NCBI GenBank assembly: GCA_964587425.1
Contig: CAZPLB010000002.1
Location: 31,285 to 95,284, forward strand
DNA: 64,000 nucleotides
Direction: 5' to 3'
Origin: an uncultured Gammaproteobacteria bacterium
GTDB lineage: Bacteria > Patescibacteriota > Microgenomatia > UBA8517
The position numbers and the translations under genes are program-made. The notes below the pieces were generated by a model, which worked only from the letters and a program-made list of their open reading frames with translations, was not told the origin of the DNA and did not search any database. Below, one piece after another: positions 29,224-38,600 of the stretch. Each line of letters starts with the position of its first letter. Position 1 is the first letter of the stretch.

Positions 29224-30282
29224 TTATTCGTTAATATCTTTTTGCACTAACTTTCTTGCAAGTAATTCAGTACCAAAACCAGAAACAACAGTTTTTTCTT
29301 TATTATTTGAAGTTAAATAATTTAACCATTTAACTTCACCGCCATCAACTACATCCACATCTCCCCAATATATAGCAAACACAATTCCTGAATAATGTCC
29401 CATACCATAAGCTCTGTCTAATTGTACTGTACAAGCTATATCAGGTCGTCCTTTAAATAAAGTCGATAATTTATCAATCTCAGAAACTTCATTTTTTAAT
29501 TCAACAGAATCCACATAAGAAAGAAATGCATTGTCAGATAAAATATCTTCTGCAGAAAGTCTGCCACGTAAACCAGTTGGTAGTTTTTGCGATAAAGCCA
29601 ACTCCTTATCGTCCGCCTTCATACCAGCATCATGAATTAATAGGTTGGTAGCTATATTCACATTTCCAATAGAAATCTCAAACTTAGTATTCGGAATCAA
29701 ATCATTAAGCACAGACAGGTAATAATCAACAAGCGAGACTATTGTCTGATGAGAAAAACGATACCCCAAATCTTTATTTGGAAGATAGGAATCAATCGTC
29801 CCGAACATATCGAAAGTAGTTTTATAATTCGGATCGTCATATCTTTGGAGTCTGGTGCATCTATGAAATGTAGATAAAGATACTCTTTCGTTTTGACCAG
29901 AAAACCTTCTTCTGTAAACTTCAATAGCTAGTTGAGTTGTTGGATCAGCCACCACATCTGCAGGTCTCCCAGTAGTATGCGAGATCTTTAACGCAGAAGT
30001 TTGAGCTAATATAGAATCTAATCCAAAAGGACCCAAAGGCGAAAGAAAAATAAAGTCTCGTCCTCCTTTTCTTTGGACAAGTAACTCGTGAATATGATGT
30101 AAAAACAATGAAGTATCCGAATCAAGTGGCAATGTAAATTCATCTCGGGACAAATCCTTTACTCTTTTAACACCGTAATCCTGAACAGAACTACTAATCT
30201 TTTTATGGACAGCGGCCCTAAAATCAGTATTTACTGAACTATTGTTTAAATCAACACCATCTATCCTTTTTTCTATTGACAT
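29224..30282 (-). CDS. HisRS-like class II aaRS paralog (HisZ-like, catalytic core only), divergent
   Basis: Alignable blocks to HisRS: FEISIGNV vs LELNSIGS, RAYGMGHYSGIVFAI vs RGLDYYTGTVFE, DGGEVKWL vs GGRYDGL, SGFGTELLARKL vs GFAMGLERL; no anticodon-binding domain; key HisRS residues not conserved. Confidence 0.4.
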   Translation of the reverse strand: MSIEKRIDGVDLNNSSVNTDFRAAVHKKISSSVQDYGVKRVKDLSRDEFTLPLDSDTSLFLHHIHELLVQRKGGRDFIFLSPLGPFGLDSILAQTSALKISHTTGRPADVVADPTTQLAIEVYRRRFSGQNERVSLSTFHRCTRLQRYDDPNYKTTFDMFGTIDSYLPNKDLGYRFSHQTIVSLVDYYLSVLNDLIPNTKFEISIGNVNIATNLLIHDAGMKADDKELALSQKLPTGLRGRLSAEDILSDNAFLSYVDSVELKNEVSEIDKLSTLFKGRPDIACTVQLDRAYGMGHYSGIVFAIYWGDVDVVDGGEVKWLNYLTSNNKEKTVVSGFGTELLARKLVQKDINE

Positions 30283-30326
30283 AATGAGCTATATTAGGCT
30301 CAACTCAAGAAGAAATCAAATTTTGT

Positions 30327-30548
30327 TTAAGAATTACCATGCAAATGTCCTTTTATATATTGTGCAATAGATACTACAACTGGGTCGGTATTATCAACAA
30401 CCATCTCAGAAGAAGACTTTTGTGCAACATCAATAACTCCAGTTTCTTTAATAACCAACTCTTTACCAACATCCTTTAAATGATCCTTTATGTACTGCTC
30501 AATAGATGCTGCAATAATTGCATCATCTGGTCTATTTTCTATTTCCAT
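30327..30548 (-). CDS. Small acidic protein with an internal tandem repeat (73 aa), first gene of the aaRS-paralog/polyamine operon
   Basis: Two copies of I(E/A)QYIK(D/G)HL; preceded on the minus strand by TTGACA-16-TAAAAT only ~6 nt before the ATG (near-leaderless). Confidence 0.35.
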   Translation of the reverse strand: MEIENRPDDAIIAASIEQYIKDHLKDVGKELVIKETGVIDVAQKSSSEMVVDNTDPVVVSIAQYIKGHLHGNS

Positions 30549-30627
30549 AACACTATTTTACTACTTTGTTCTAGTTTGTCAAAAAAGTTATTACGCAACA
30601 CTAATCCCCTTTTACGGAATAAATCTA

Positions 30628-31761
30628 CTAAGTAACATCTCTTTTTCTTGTTACTCCAATCAGAATTGCAATCCACCCCAGTACAAAACTATAGAAAAAT
30701 GTATTTGTGAAGCTTCCATGTACTAGTACTGCGGCTAGTATTACTAGAAGTGCAAAACCCATTTCATCTTTCGATGTTTGAGAAATGATGCTTTTTATAC
30801 AAAATAAAAAAACGGTTGTTCCAGCTATTCCTGTTGTCACAAGCAGAAAAAATAGACTATTATCAAGTCCGCTGCACGCATGCGATGCAGAGTTCGTATC
30901 ATTCAAAAACTTTTGCCGTCCAGCACATACATTATCAAATCCAATTCCAAAGATGGGGGATTTGGAAAAAAGAACAATGCTCTCTTTGTAATTCTTGAAT
31001 TTCTCATTAACTGAATATGTTCGAGTCAAGTTAACTCCCTCCCCCGCAGGCCTTGGCAAAATTGGAATAATTAATAGAAAAAACAGGCCCAAGTATATTA
31101 AAAACTTTTTCTTGTATTTTAAAAATACAATTAGGATTGACCCCAGAAGTGCAATATAGCTCGACCTTGAATAAGTGAAAGCAATAGTAGTAATTAAAAA
31201 AATATTTAAGAGGATATTTGTCAAAGATTTCTTACCAGCTGTTTTAACCAAAACCAATATTTCAGTTAGAACTAATATTATTCCAGTAAATGCAGGATCT
31301 AAAAATGTTGAAGCTAACCTGAAATAATGATCATCCCAACCCAAATCTTTCAACTCGCGAAGATCTGGATATATAAAATACTGTAGCCATCCAAGAATGG
31401 CTACAAAAATTCCTACAACCAGTAAGCTTCCAAGTATTAACTTTTTCTTCTTTAAGGTTCCGCTAAACCTCATCCAAATTACCTGGGAAAAGATTACATA
31501 TGAAAAAAAACGAAGAGCATAGAGGCTTCCTCTCAAAACAACCTCTGGGGGAAAAAAGATTGTTGAAAAAACTAATGAGAATAATAAAACAACAAAAAAA
31601 TTCTTGAAGTAATTTGGTATTGGAGTTAAGTTTCTCTTTTTGTAAAAAAAGAAAACAAGGCAAATAATGCCAACCACAATATCAGTTAAATTAAAAATTT
31701 TATATTTCAGCAATTGCCCTAAAGGGAAAATTGCGAGGTATGTAAATATTAATGTGTCCAT
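30628..31761 (-). CDS. O-antigen ligase-like (Wzy_C family) polytopic membrane protein
   Basis: About 10 TM segments with a ..FAYSRSSYIALLGSILIVF.. loop region typical of O-antigen polymerase/ligase family. Confidence 0.55.
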   Translation of the reverse strand: MDTLIFTYLAIFPLGQLLKYKIFNLTDIVVGIICLVFFFYKKRNLTPIPNYFKNFFVVLLFSLVFSTIFFPPEVVLRGSLYALRFFSYVIFSQVIWMRFSGTLKKKKLILGSLLVVGIFVAILGWLQYFIYPDLRELKDLGWDDHYFRLASTFLDPAFTGIILVLTEILVLVKTAGKKSLTNILLNIFLITTIAFTYSRSSYIALLGSILIVFLKYKKKFLIYLGLFFLLIIPILPRPAGEGVNLTRTYSVNEKFKNYKESIVLFSKSPIFGIGFDNVCAGRQKFLNDTNSASHACSGLDNSLFFLLVTTGIAGTTVFLFCIKSIISQTSKDEMGFALLVILAAVLVHGSFTNTFFYSFVLGWIAILIGVTRKRDVT

Positions 31762-32501
31762 TGTTTACTTAAACTAAGATATGAATGAAAGCTCATAAAT
31801 GCTGCTTGAACAAAACCATGTGTACCATCTAAAAATCCAAGCCTCAAAATGTAGTTAACAAAAAATTTTCCCACTGGATGGAAAATGACAAATAAAAAAT
31901 TAAACCTCTTTTTTTCTTTTATATTTTCCTCTGCATGATGTGTTGAATAGTTATTTAAATCAGTTAAAAATTCTTTTATTGAGTTATGTGGATAATGTAA
32001 AATTGGATTATTTAATTCACCAATTTCCCCTTTTACCCGCCATTCCTCATGGACAGCTCTGTTCCATTTGCCGCTTCCTTTTCTAGCAAGTCTTAATAGT
32101 TTGGCATTTGCAGTTTCCCCATGCCTCAATTCCTTTCCCATCCAGTAATCTCTCCTTCTTATGCAGTACCCAGAAATATTTGTTGTTTGTAGTTTATTTA
32201 CAATTTCCTCTGCAAGTTCCTTTGGAACAACCTCATCTGCATCTAAAAATAATACCCATTCATTTTTTGCTTTTTTGAGACCAAAATTTCTTTGTTCTGC
32301 AAAGTTGTTGTCGAGCTTGTGTCTAAATACTTTTACTTTTTTTGATTTAAATAATTTTACAATACGAAGTGTGCCGTCAGTTGAATAATCATCAACAACA
32401 ATAATCTCACTGCACCACATGAGGCTTGCCATACACTTTTTTATATTCCTCTCTTCATTTTTTGTAAGTACGACAGCAGAAATTGAAGTTATATTATGCA
32501 T
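31749..32501 (-). CDS. Family 2 glycosyltransferase
   Basis: GT2 N-terminus VVLTKNEERNIKKCMASL..IIVVDDYSTDGT and DxD (LFLDADE). Confidence 0.75.
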   Translation of the reverse strand: MHNITSISAVVLTKNEERNIKKCMASLMWCSEIIVVDDYSTDGTLRIVKLFKSKKVKVFRHKLDNNFAEQRNFGLKKAKNEWVLFLDADEVVPKELAEEIVNKLQTTNISGYCIRRRDYWMGKELRHGETANAKLLRLARKGSGKWNRAVHEEWRVKGEIGELNNPILHYPHNSIKEFLTDLNNYSTHHAEENIKEKKRFNFLFVIFHPVGKFFVNYILRLGFLDGTHGFVQAAFMSFHSYLSLSKQWTH

Positions 32502-33717
32502 TTCTTAAAGTCTTTTGAAAAAGGTAGAAGGCAACAGGAAGTCCTACAATTGAACCAATCAAAGCCGAGAATGCAGCTCCAGTAATTCCAAACATATTAG
32601 TCAAAGGAAAAATAAATATAGCAAGCGTTAAAATACTAACCAAAGTTACAATTGAAACATAATTCTGTTTCTTGTATGCCAAAAAGACAGAATAAAAAAG
32701 ACTTGTAATTGATCTAATTACGCCAAAAAGAGAAAGAACACGAAGAACTGGTATGGCAAGTAGCCACTTCTCACCCAACACTAGTCTCACTGCAATATCA
32801 GACAAAAGAAAAAGAGCAATTCCAAATGGAGCCACTGTGACAAATGTATATCCTAAAGTTTTATAAAATGCTCTCTTAATTCTTTCCTTGTCTTCTGTAA
32901 ATTTGACGTAAATTGGGAAGGTAACTCTTCCAAGTTGTTTCGCTAAAACATTTAATGGAACTATTGAAAGAGCATATGCCTGCTGATAAATTCCAAGTGA
33001 GAATGCATTCAAAAGGCGCCCTATGGCAAGGTCATCCAAATGTTCAAAGAAATAATCAAAAAGATAAGCAGCTGTTACCCATTTACCGCGGTGAATAATC
33101 CTTAGTAATTGTTCTTTTTCAAACTTCAATTTTGGCCTCTCTTTCACAATGATAAATGTAATAATAATTTCAAGGATTGCAGAAACAATCATTCCTAAAA
33201 CAAAGCTGAAAACAGAATGTGTAGTTAATGCAAAAATGACAACTGAAATATCTCCAATCAAAGATATTGCAAATCTATAAATTGCATCCTCCTTGAACCT
33301 AAGACTTTTTTGCAGAGTTACAATGGCAGGATTAATAAAGCCGCGGATAAATGGCACCAGACTTACTGCAAGAATTACATTGTGCGCTTGAGGTGTTTTG
33401 AAAAATAAGGCAATTGGGTATGAGAAAATTGCTAAAACAAGAGAAATTAAAACTCCCCTTGCAATAGATACCACCCAAGCAGTATCTAAAAACTTTTTTA
33501 CTTCGTCTTTCTCTTGAACTAAAAAGACATTAATCCCTGTTTCAGTTAGAAGTTCCAAAAAACCAAGTATTAAAATTGCTATTCCAAAGACACCAAATTC
33601 AGTTGGAGAAAATATCCTGGAAAGAATTGCAATTTTAATAATGCTCGTTCCTTTCCCAGCCAAATCAAGGAAACTCCCCCAAGAAATCCCTTTTATAACA
33701 TCTCGAGAATACCCCAT
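32494..33717 (-). CDS. Polysaccharide flippase (Wzx/MOP superfamily)
   Basis: 12-TM-like hydrophobicity pattern, gene context between glycosyltransferases. Confidence 0.6.
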   Translation of the reverse strand: MGYSRDVIKGISWGSFLDLAGKGTSIIKIAILSRIFSPTEFGVFGIAILILGFLELLTETGINVFLVQEKDEVKKFLDTAWVVSIARGVLISLVLAIFSYPIALFFKTPQAHNVILAVSLVPFIRGFINPAIVTLQKSLRFKEDAIYRFAISLIGDISVVIFALTTHSVFSFVLGMIVSAILEIIITFIIVKERPKLKFEKEQLLRIIHRGKWVTAAYLFDYFFEHLDDLAIGRLLNAFSLGIYQQAYALSIVPLNVLAKQLGRVTFPIYVKFTEDKERIKRAFYKTLGYTFVTVAPFGIALFLLSDIAVRLVLGEKWLLAIPVLRVLSLFGVIRSITSLFYSVFLAYKKQNYVSIVTLVSILTLAIFIFPLTNMFGITGAAFSALIGSIVGLPVAFYLFQKTLRNA

Positions 33718-34640
33718 ATAAATCCAAGCATTATAGCTATATCGCTTGTTACCTGAAGTATAATTACAAATAGCCCGCTCCGCCAGTCGAGATGCTTATT
33801 TCTAAATTTAAAAATAGAAAAAGCAAAATAAATTAAAACACAAAAAAGTAAGTAAACAGAAGGTAACTCAAAAAACAAAACAAAGGAAAGAAGAGCTAGA
33901 CCAATCAAATACCTCAAAAAAATTGTAAGTGTGTGTATATTGTGCGACCAAAGACCTTTGCTTGGATGAACTATAACTTTTGTTAATACATCACCTTTTG
34001 AATATCCAAAAACTTTTTTACCAAATTCAAAAATATCTTTTGGCATCCCCCACTCTACAATTGCATTTTTCACGACAACAATTTTCACACCGTTTTTCAA
34101 AAGTTTTACGTTAAACAGTGTGTCCTCAGCTGCATCTCTCAGTTTTTCATCAAATCCATGAACCTTTTTCCAAACACTCTTTCTGAAGGCAATAGAGCGA
34201 GTAGAAGGTAAAAAATCATCACCAACTTCATCAGGCATTACCCCCAAATATGGAATCATTGCTCTTTGAAGATATGAGTCTCCAACCATCTTATAAAATC
34301 CAGCTACGACTTCATTTTTCCCACTAACAAATGGTTTCGTTAATTTTGAAAGCCAATCTCTCTGTGGAGTACACCCTGCATCAGTCATTGCAATAATTTC
34401 ATACTTAGAAAGCTTTACACCAAGGTTTCTTCCTTTTGATCTACTAGTTCCTTTTTTTACAATTAATTTTAAGTTTGAAGAAGATTTAAAACTATTAATT
34501 ATTGAAATTGTGTCATCAGTTGATCCAGCATCAACAATAATTATCTCGTCAGGCTTTTTACTTTGTTTTGAAAGTGAAACAAGAAGCTTTTGAATTGATC
34601 CCTCTTCATTTAAAATTGTTACTACTACTGAAACTTTCAC
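33693..34640 (-). CDS. Family 2 glycosyltransferase with C-terminal TM segments
   Basis: VSVVVTILNEEGSIQKLL..IIIVDAGSTDDT GT2 signature, DAG..D motifs, TM tail. Confidence 0.75.
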   Translation of the reverse strand: MKVSVVVTILNEEGSIQKLLVSLSKQSKKPDEIIIVDAGSTDDTISIINSFKSSSNLKLIVKKGTSRSKGRNLGVKLSKYEIIAMTDAGCTPQRDWLSKLTKPFVSGKNEVVAGFYKMVGDSYLQRAMIPYLGVMPDEVGDDFLPSTRSIAFRKSVWKKVHGFDEKLRDAAEDTLFNVKLLKNGVKIVVVKNAIVEWGMPKDIFEFGKKVFGYSKGDVLTKVIVHPSKGLWSHNIHTLTIFLRYLIGLALLSFVLFFELPSVYLLFCVLIYFAFSIFKFRNKHLDWRSGLFVIILQVTSDIAIMLGFIWGILEML

Positions 34641-34943
34641 TTACCCTCTATGTTCTTTTAATCTTAGTTTTACGGTCTTTCTATCCTCAGATTTTTCAGC
34701 CTCCAACTCCGCATCGTCAAAACCAACTTTCAAGAAATAAACAAAAGAATCAGCATCCTTCTTACGCCAATGCCCACTCAGTAATATATTATCTGGATGG
34801 CTATTTAAATTATCTGACTTACCATTAATTAATCTCTTTTTACTAGTACCAAACTCTCCTTTATCTTTCCCTTCCTTTCCCAACTGCACATTATGAACAG
34901 TGTGAACATAATCTGTAATTCTATTTCCTCTTTCTTCGCCCAT
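34641..34943 (-). CDS. Hypothetical basic protein (100 aa)
   Basis: ORF only, abuts the GT2 start; lies between the glycan genes and the RM gene. Confidence 0.3.
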   Translation of the reverse strand: MGEERGNRITDYVHTVHNVQLGKEGKDKGEFGTSKKRLINGKSDNLNSHPDNILLSGHWRKKDADSFVYFLKVGFDDAELEAEKSEDRKTVKLRLKEHRG

Positions 34944-35153
34944 CAGAGAGAGATTAATTCATCTATATATTTTTGCAAGAAGTCAAAGTGGTACATATCC
35001 CATCATTACACGTTAAAAATCTACTTTTTGTTCTTTTTAAGTATTTTTGGATTAATAGCTCGTTTAAGAAGTTCTTCGAAGGTTATCTTTTGTTTTTTCT
35101 TTTTCTTAATCACAAGTTCAATATAACACGAGAAAAACCATAGAAACTTACAC

Positions 35154-37484
35154 TTGTGTTTCTTTAGCAATATAGTTATTATTGTTTACATGAACAACCA
35201 AACGTATAATCTACCTTTGGAAAGAGATACAGAAACCCTCATTGATAGAACTCTTGAAAACCTTGGCTGGATTGATGACCCTAAAAGTAATGCTAGAAAT
35301 GTATACAAGCAACAACCCAAAACCAGCGATCAAAAACGAGCATTGAATGGTCTTTTCCCTGATTACGTACTATATAAAACTGGCTCAGATAAACCAATTA
35401 TTGTGATTGAAGCCAAAAAGCCAAGAAAAAATATTCACGAAGCACTAAAACAAGGATTAGATTACGCACAAAAGATTGGAGCTCCCATTGTTTTTGCCAC
35501 TGACGGAATTTTTACTAAAACACTGCATATTAAAACAAAGAAACCACTCACTCTTAACGGTGAAGAACTTGATGAACTTATTAGGGAGTATATCGCCTTA
35601 CAATATATAGATACTAGCGATTTAACCACTAAAGACAAAAAAGTAATCGAGTCTCGAAAAGAGCTAATCGGTATATTTGATCATGCCAATGACATATTGC
35701 GTGGTGAAGGACTCCATGCAGGAGTTGATAGATTTAGTGAATTTGCCAATATTCTTTTTTTGAAGATAATATCTGAGCGAGAGGATATTAACGAACAAAA
35801 TGGGGATGCTAACGTAATACCAAGAGAATACCGCTGGAACTTCTTTAAGAATAAGAGGGATAACGAGTTGAGACAATATATCAACTCGATTGTCCTTAGA
35901 TATTTCAGGGAAAGATATAACGATTCAAATATATTCACAGATCTTCGGATTAAAAACCCGAATCGATTAAAGAAAATAATAGAAATGCTCGATCCTCTTT
36001 ATCTGATAGATACTAAAGCAGATATAAAAGGTGATGCTTTTGAGTACTTCTTAAAGTCGTATAGCTCGGGAAATAGTAATGATCTTGGGCAATATTTCAC
36101 ACCTAGACACATCGCTAAAACTTTAGTTAAGCTACTGAACCCCCAACTTGGTGAAAAGATCTATGATCCCTTCTGTGGAACAGGTGGGATGTTGACAGAA
36201 TCTTTCAAATATATTTTCAATCGAATGCCACAGAATAGAAATTCTGAAGATATTTTGAAAACTAGTACAGTATACGGACGAGAGTTAACTAGCATCGCCA
36301 GAATCGCCAAAATGAATATGATATTGATAGGTGATGGCCATAGTAATATTGAGCAGACAGACAGTCTTGAGCACCCATTATCAAATGAATATGATGTGGT
36401 AATAACAAACATCCCATTTGCACAAGAAACTGAGTGGGGAAACCTTTATGACCTACCAAGCAGAAATGGTGACAGTATATGCCTACAGCACTGCCTTAAA
36501 TCTCTAAACTCTAATAATCCAAATAGTCGAGCTGGAATTATTGTACCAGAAGGTTTCTTGTTTGATTCAAGATTTGAGAAAGAAAGAGAGTGGTTAGTTG
36601 AAAAATTTGACTTACAAACTGTTATTTCTCTACCTTCTGGCGTTTTCCTACCATATACTCCACAAAAGGCTAGTATTTTGCATGTAAAACTAAGAGATAA
36701 AGCTAAGAAGAAGAAAAATGTTTGGTTTTTTGACGTAAAGTCAGATGGTTACACCTTAGATAATTACAGGAAACCAACTGATAAAAATGACTTAGACAAT
36801 CTACTGGACGGCATACATTTTGATTCACTGGAAATAAGCGAACTAAGAAAAAGAAAATATGAATTAGTTAGATCACTCTATATTAAAGGTGGAATAATTG
36901 GAGGGAAACATAAAACAGTAGATCTAAAGTCGATAGCAACCGTTGCGTTTGGTAATTCGGCACCACAAGACCTTGATAGTTTCATAGACGGAACCCACCC
37001 TTTCGTTAGAGTCTCCGATCTCGCAAAGAAACATATAGCATTTAATTTAACAGATACTAGAGATTTGCTTAACGACAAAGCAGTAAAAAATATGCGACTT
37101 TTTCCTAAGGGAACGATACTTTTTCCTAAAAGTGGTAAATCAGCTCTGAAAAACCATAGAGGTATATTAGGCCGTGACGCTTATCTGGTAAGTCACTTCG
37201 CTTGTATTATCCCTAATGTTGACATAGTTGATCCCTACTACCTGTTTAAATGTTTAATAAATATTAAAGCTCAGGACATCATAGTGAACGAAGGCTATCC
37301 TTCAATCAGGAAGGAGACGTTTGAAAATCTACAGATTCCACTACCACCAATAGAGAAACAAGAGGAATTAGTTAAAGAAATGAAAGAAATAGTAGATTTA
37401 GAGTATAGAGTTAACGAGCTTATGAGTAATATGGATATACGATTTGAATCTGAAAATGCTACTTTAGAGAACAATGACAAATAA
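35154..37484 (+). CDS. Single-polypeptide Type IIG-like restriction-modification enzyme (HSDR_N/Mrr-like PD-(D/E)xK nuclease domain + gamma-class N6-adenine MTase + one HsdS-like target recognition domain)
   Basis: N-terminus PDYVLYKTGSDKPIIVIEAKKP (HSDR_N motif); MTase motifs GQYFTPRHIAK (X), DPFCGTGGML (I), VVITNIPFAQ (IV, NPPF-type); C-terminal ~300 aa with HsdS-like TRD features (..KIGDLFE-like block, IPLPPIEKQEELV conserved HsdS repeat motif). Confidence 0.75.
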   Translation: MCFFSNIVIIVYMNNQTYNLPLERDTETLIDRTLENLGWIDDPKSNARNVYKQQPKTSDQKRALNGLFPDYVLYKTGSDKPIIVIEAKKPRKNIHEALKQGLDYAQKIGAPIVFATDGIFTKTLHIKTKKPLTLNGEELDELIREYIALQYIDTSDLTTKDKKVIESRKELIGIFDHANDILRGEGLHAGVDRFSEFANILFLKIISEREDINEQNGDANVIPREYRWNFFKNKRDNELRQYINSIVLRYFRERYNDSNIFTDLRIKNPNRLKKIIEMLDPLYLIDTKADIKGDAFEYFLKSYSSGNSNDLGQYFTPRHIAKTLVKLLNPQLGEKIYDPFCGTGGMLTESFKYIFNRMPQNRNSEDILKTSTVYGRELTSIARIAKMNMILIGDGHSNIEQTDSLEHPLSNEYDVVITNIPFAQETEWGNLYDLPSRNGDSICLQHCLKSLNSNNPNSRAGIIVPEGFLFDSRFEKEREWLVEKFDLQTVISLPSGVFLPYTPQKASILHVKLRDKAKKKKNVWFFDVKSDGYTLDNYRKPTDKNDLDNLLDGIHFDSLEISELRKRKYELVRSLYIKGGIIGGKHKTVDLKSIATVAFGNSAPQDLDSFIDGTHPFVRVSDLAKKHIAFNLTDTRDLLNDKAVKNMRLFPKGTILFPKSGKSALKNHRGILGRDAYLVSHFACIIPNVDIVDPYYLFKCLINIKAQDIIVNEGYPSIRKETFENLQIPLPPIEKQEELVKEMKEIVDLEYRVNELMSNMDIRFESENATLENNDK

Positions 37485-37507
37485 AAAAGATTTCGACAAA
37501 TTGCTTA

Positions 37508-37738
37508 AAAAGGTAAAATTATTATATGGAGCAACTCTAAAAAGAAGTTCTTTAAAAATCCCTTCTTTTCTGTAGTTATATCTGAAAGCATATTCATCGC
37601 ATAAGTTTGAAGATATTTGGGATCAACGTGCACATAAAACCCCGTTATTCCTCTTTTTACTTGTCCCCAAAACCCTTCAATTGTATTAGTGTGTATTTCA
37701 GGATTATCAACCTTCGATAACCTCTTATCTAGAAGTAT
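37508..37738 (-). pseudogene. IS1595-family (ISXO2-like) transposase, C-terminal remnant only (~77 codons)
   Basis: Minus-strand translation ..DNPEIHTNTIEGFWGQVKRGITGFYVHVDPKYLQTYAMNM.. matches the conserved IS1595 C-terminal block (HTNTIEGFWS.LKRGI.GVYHHVS.KHLQRY); no upstream DDE part remains, frame closed by a stop at 37739-37741. Confidence 0.6.
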
Positions 37739-38600
37739 TTACCTTCCAAAGTTTCAAATATAACTGGGCGACTTTGTCCCAAGTTTGTTGTCTTGCCCAA
37801 CTATTTGCATCCTCATCTAAAAATGGAGATAGCTTCCAATAATCTTTTTTCAAAGTATTATCCCAACCAACCATTAGCTTGCATCCACTACTCAAAGCTT
37901 CAAGAGCTACAAGGTATCCTCCTGCAAAACAAATTTGTGATTTCTTGTAATAAAGATGTGGGTCAGTAAATCCATGAACTGTTCCATATTTTTCACAAGT
38001 TTCACGCAACCGTCCATCACCACAAAATTCAACTGAGTAACTTTTGTGTGTATCTAAAAATTTGAACAGTTTTTTTATCCCAGTATCCCACTCTAATCTT
38101 CCAACATACAAAATACTATTTCTTTTTCTTTTACTATTTGTTCTTTTCATAGTTTCAATTCCGCCATACGTAATATAATCAGCTTTTACTCCATACCACT
38201 TCTCTATATATTCCCCAACTGCAATACTCCCCCAGGAAAGTTTGCATGCAAGTCTTTTCAAAAAAATATTTTTGAATGGAATTGGAAACTTTCCTTCCCA
38301 ACCATGAAATGTTGTGTAAACAGGTTTATGTAGAAAAAGAAATCGGAAAGGTAAGTACCAAACAAAAACATCATGACAGTGGACAATATCAACACCTAAA
38401 ATTAATTTTCTGTTTTTGAACAGCCAGAACCATATATAAATAAGTCCAAGAATTTTAATGTTGGGGTATTTAATATCTTCAGTAGAAATCGTCTTGACTT
38501 TATGACCTTTTAAATTTAACCTGCTACTTAAACTATATATGTGTCTTTCAACACCACCTCTGTGTGGCCAAGAATATCTAGCTAAAAAGAGTACTCTCAT
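37725..38600 (-). CDS. Glycosyltransferase (GT-B, group 1-like, short)
   Basis: N-terminus MRVLFLARYSWPHRGGVERHI typical of GT4-type N-domain; C-terminal FAGGYLVALEALSSGCKLM helix. Confidence 0.55.
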   Translation of the reverse strand: MRVLFLARYSWPHRGGVERHIYSLSSRLNLKGHKVKTISTEDIKYPNIKILGLIYIWFWLFKNRKLILGVDIVHCHDVFVWYLPFRFLFLHKPVYTTFHGWEGKFPIPFKNIFLKRLACKLSWGSIAVGEYIEKWYGVKADYITYGGIETMKRTNSKRKRNSILYVGRLEWDTGIKKLFKFLDTHKSYSVEFCGDGRLRETCEKYGTVHGFTDPHLYYKKSQICFAGGYLVALEALSSGCKLMVGWDNTLKKDYWKLSPFLDEDANSWARQQTWDKVAQLYLKLWKVNTSR

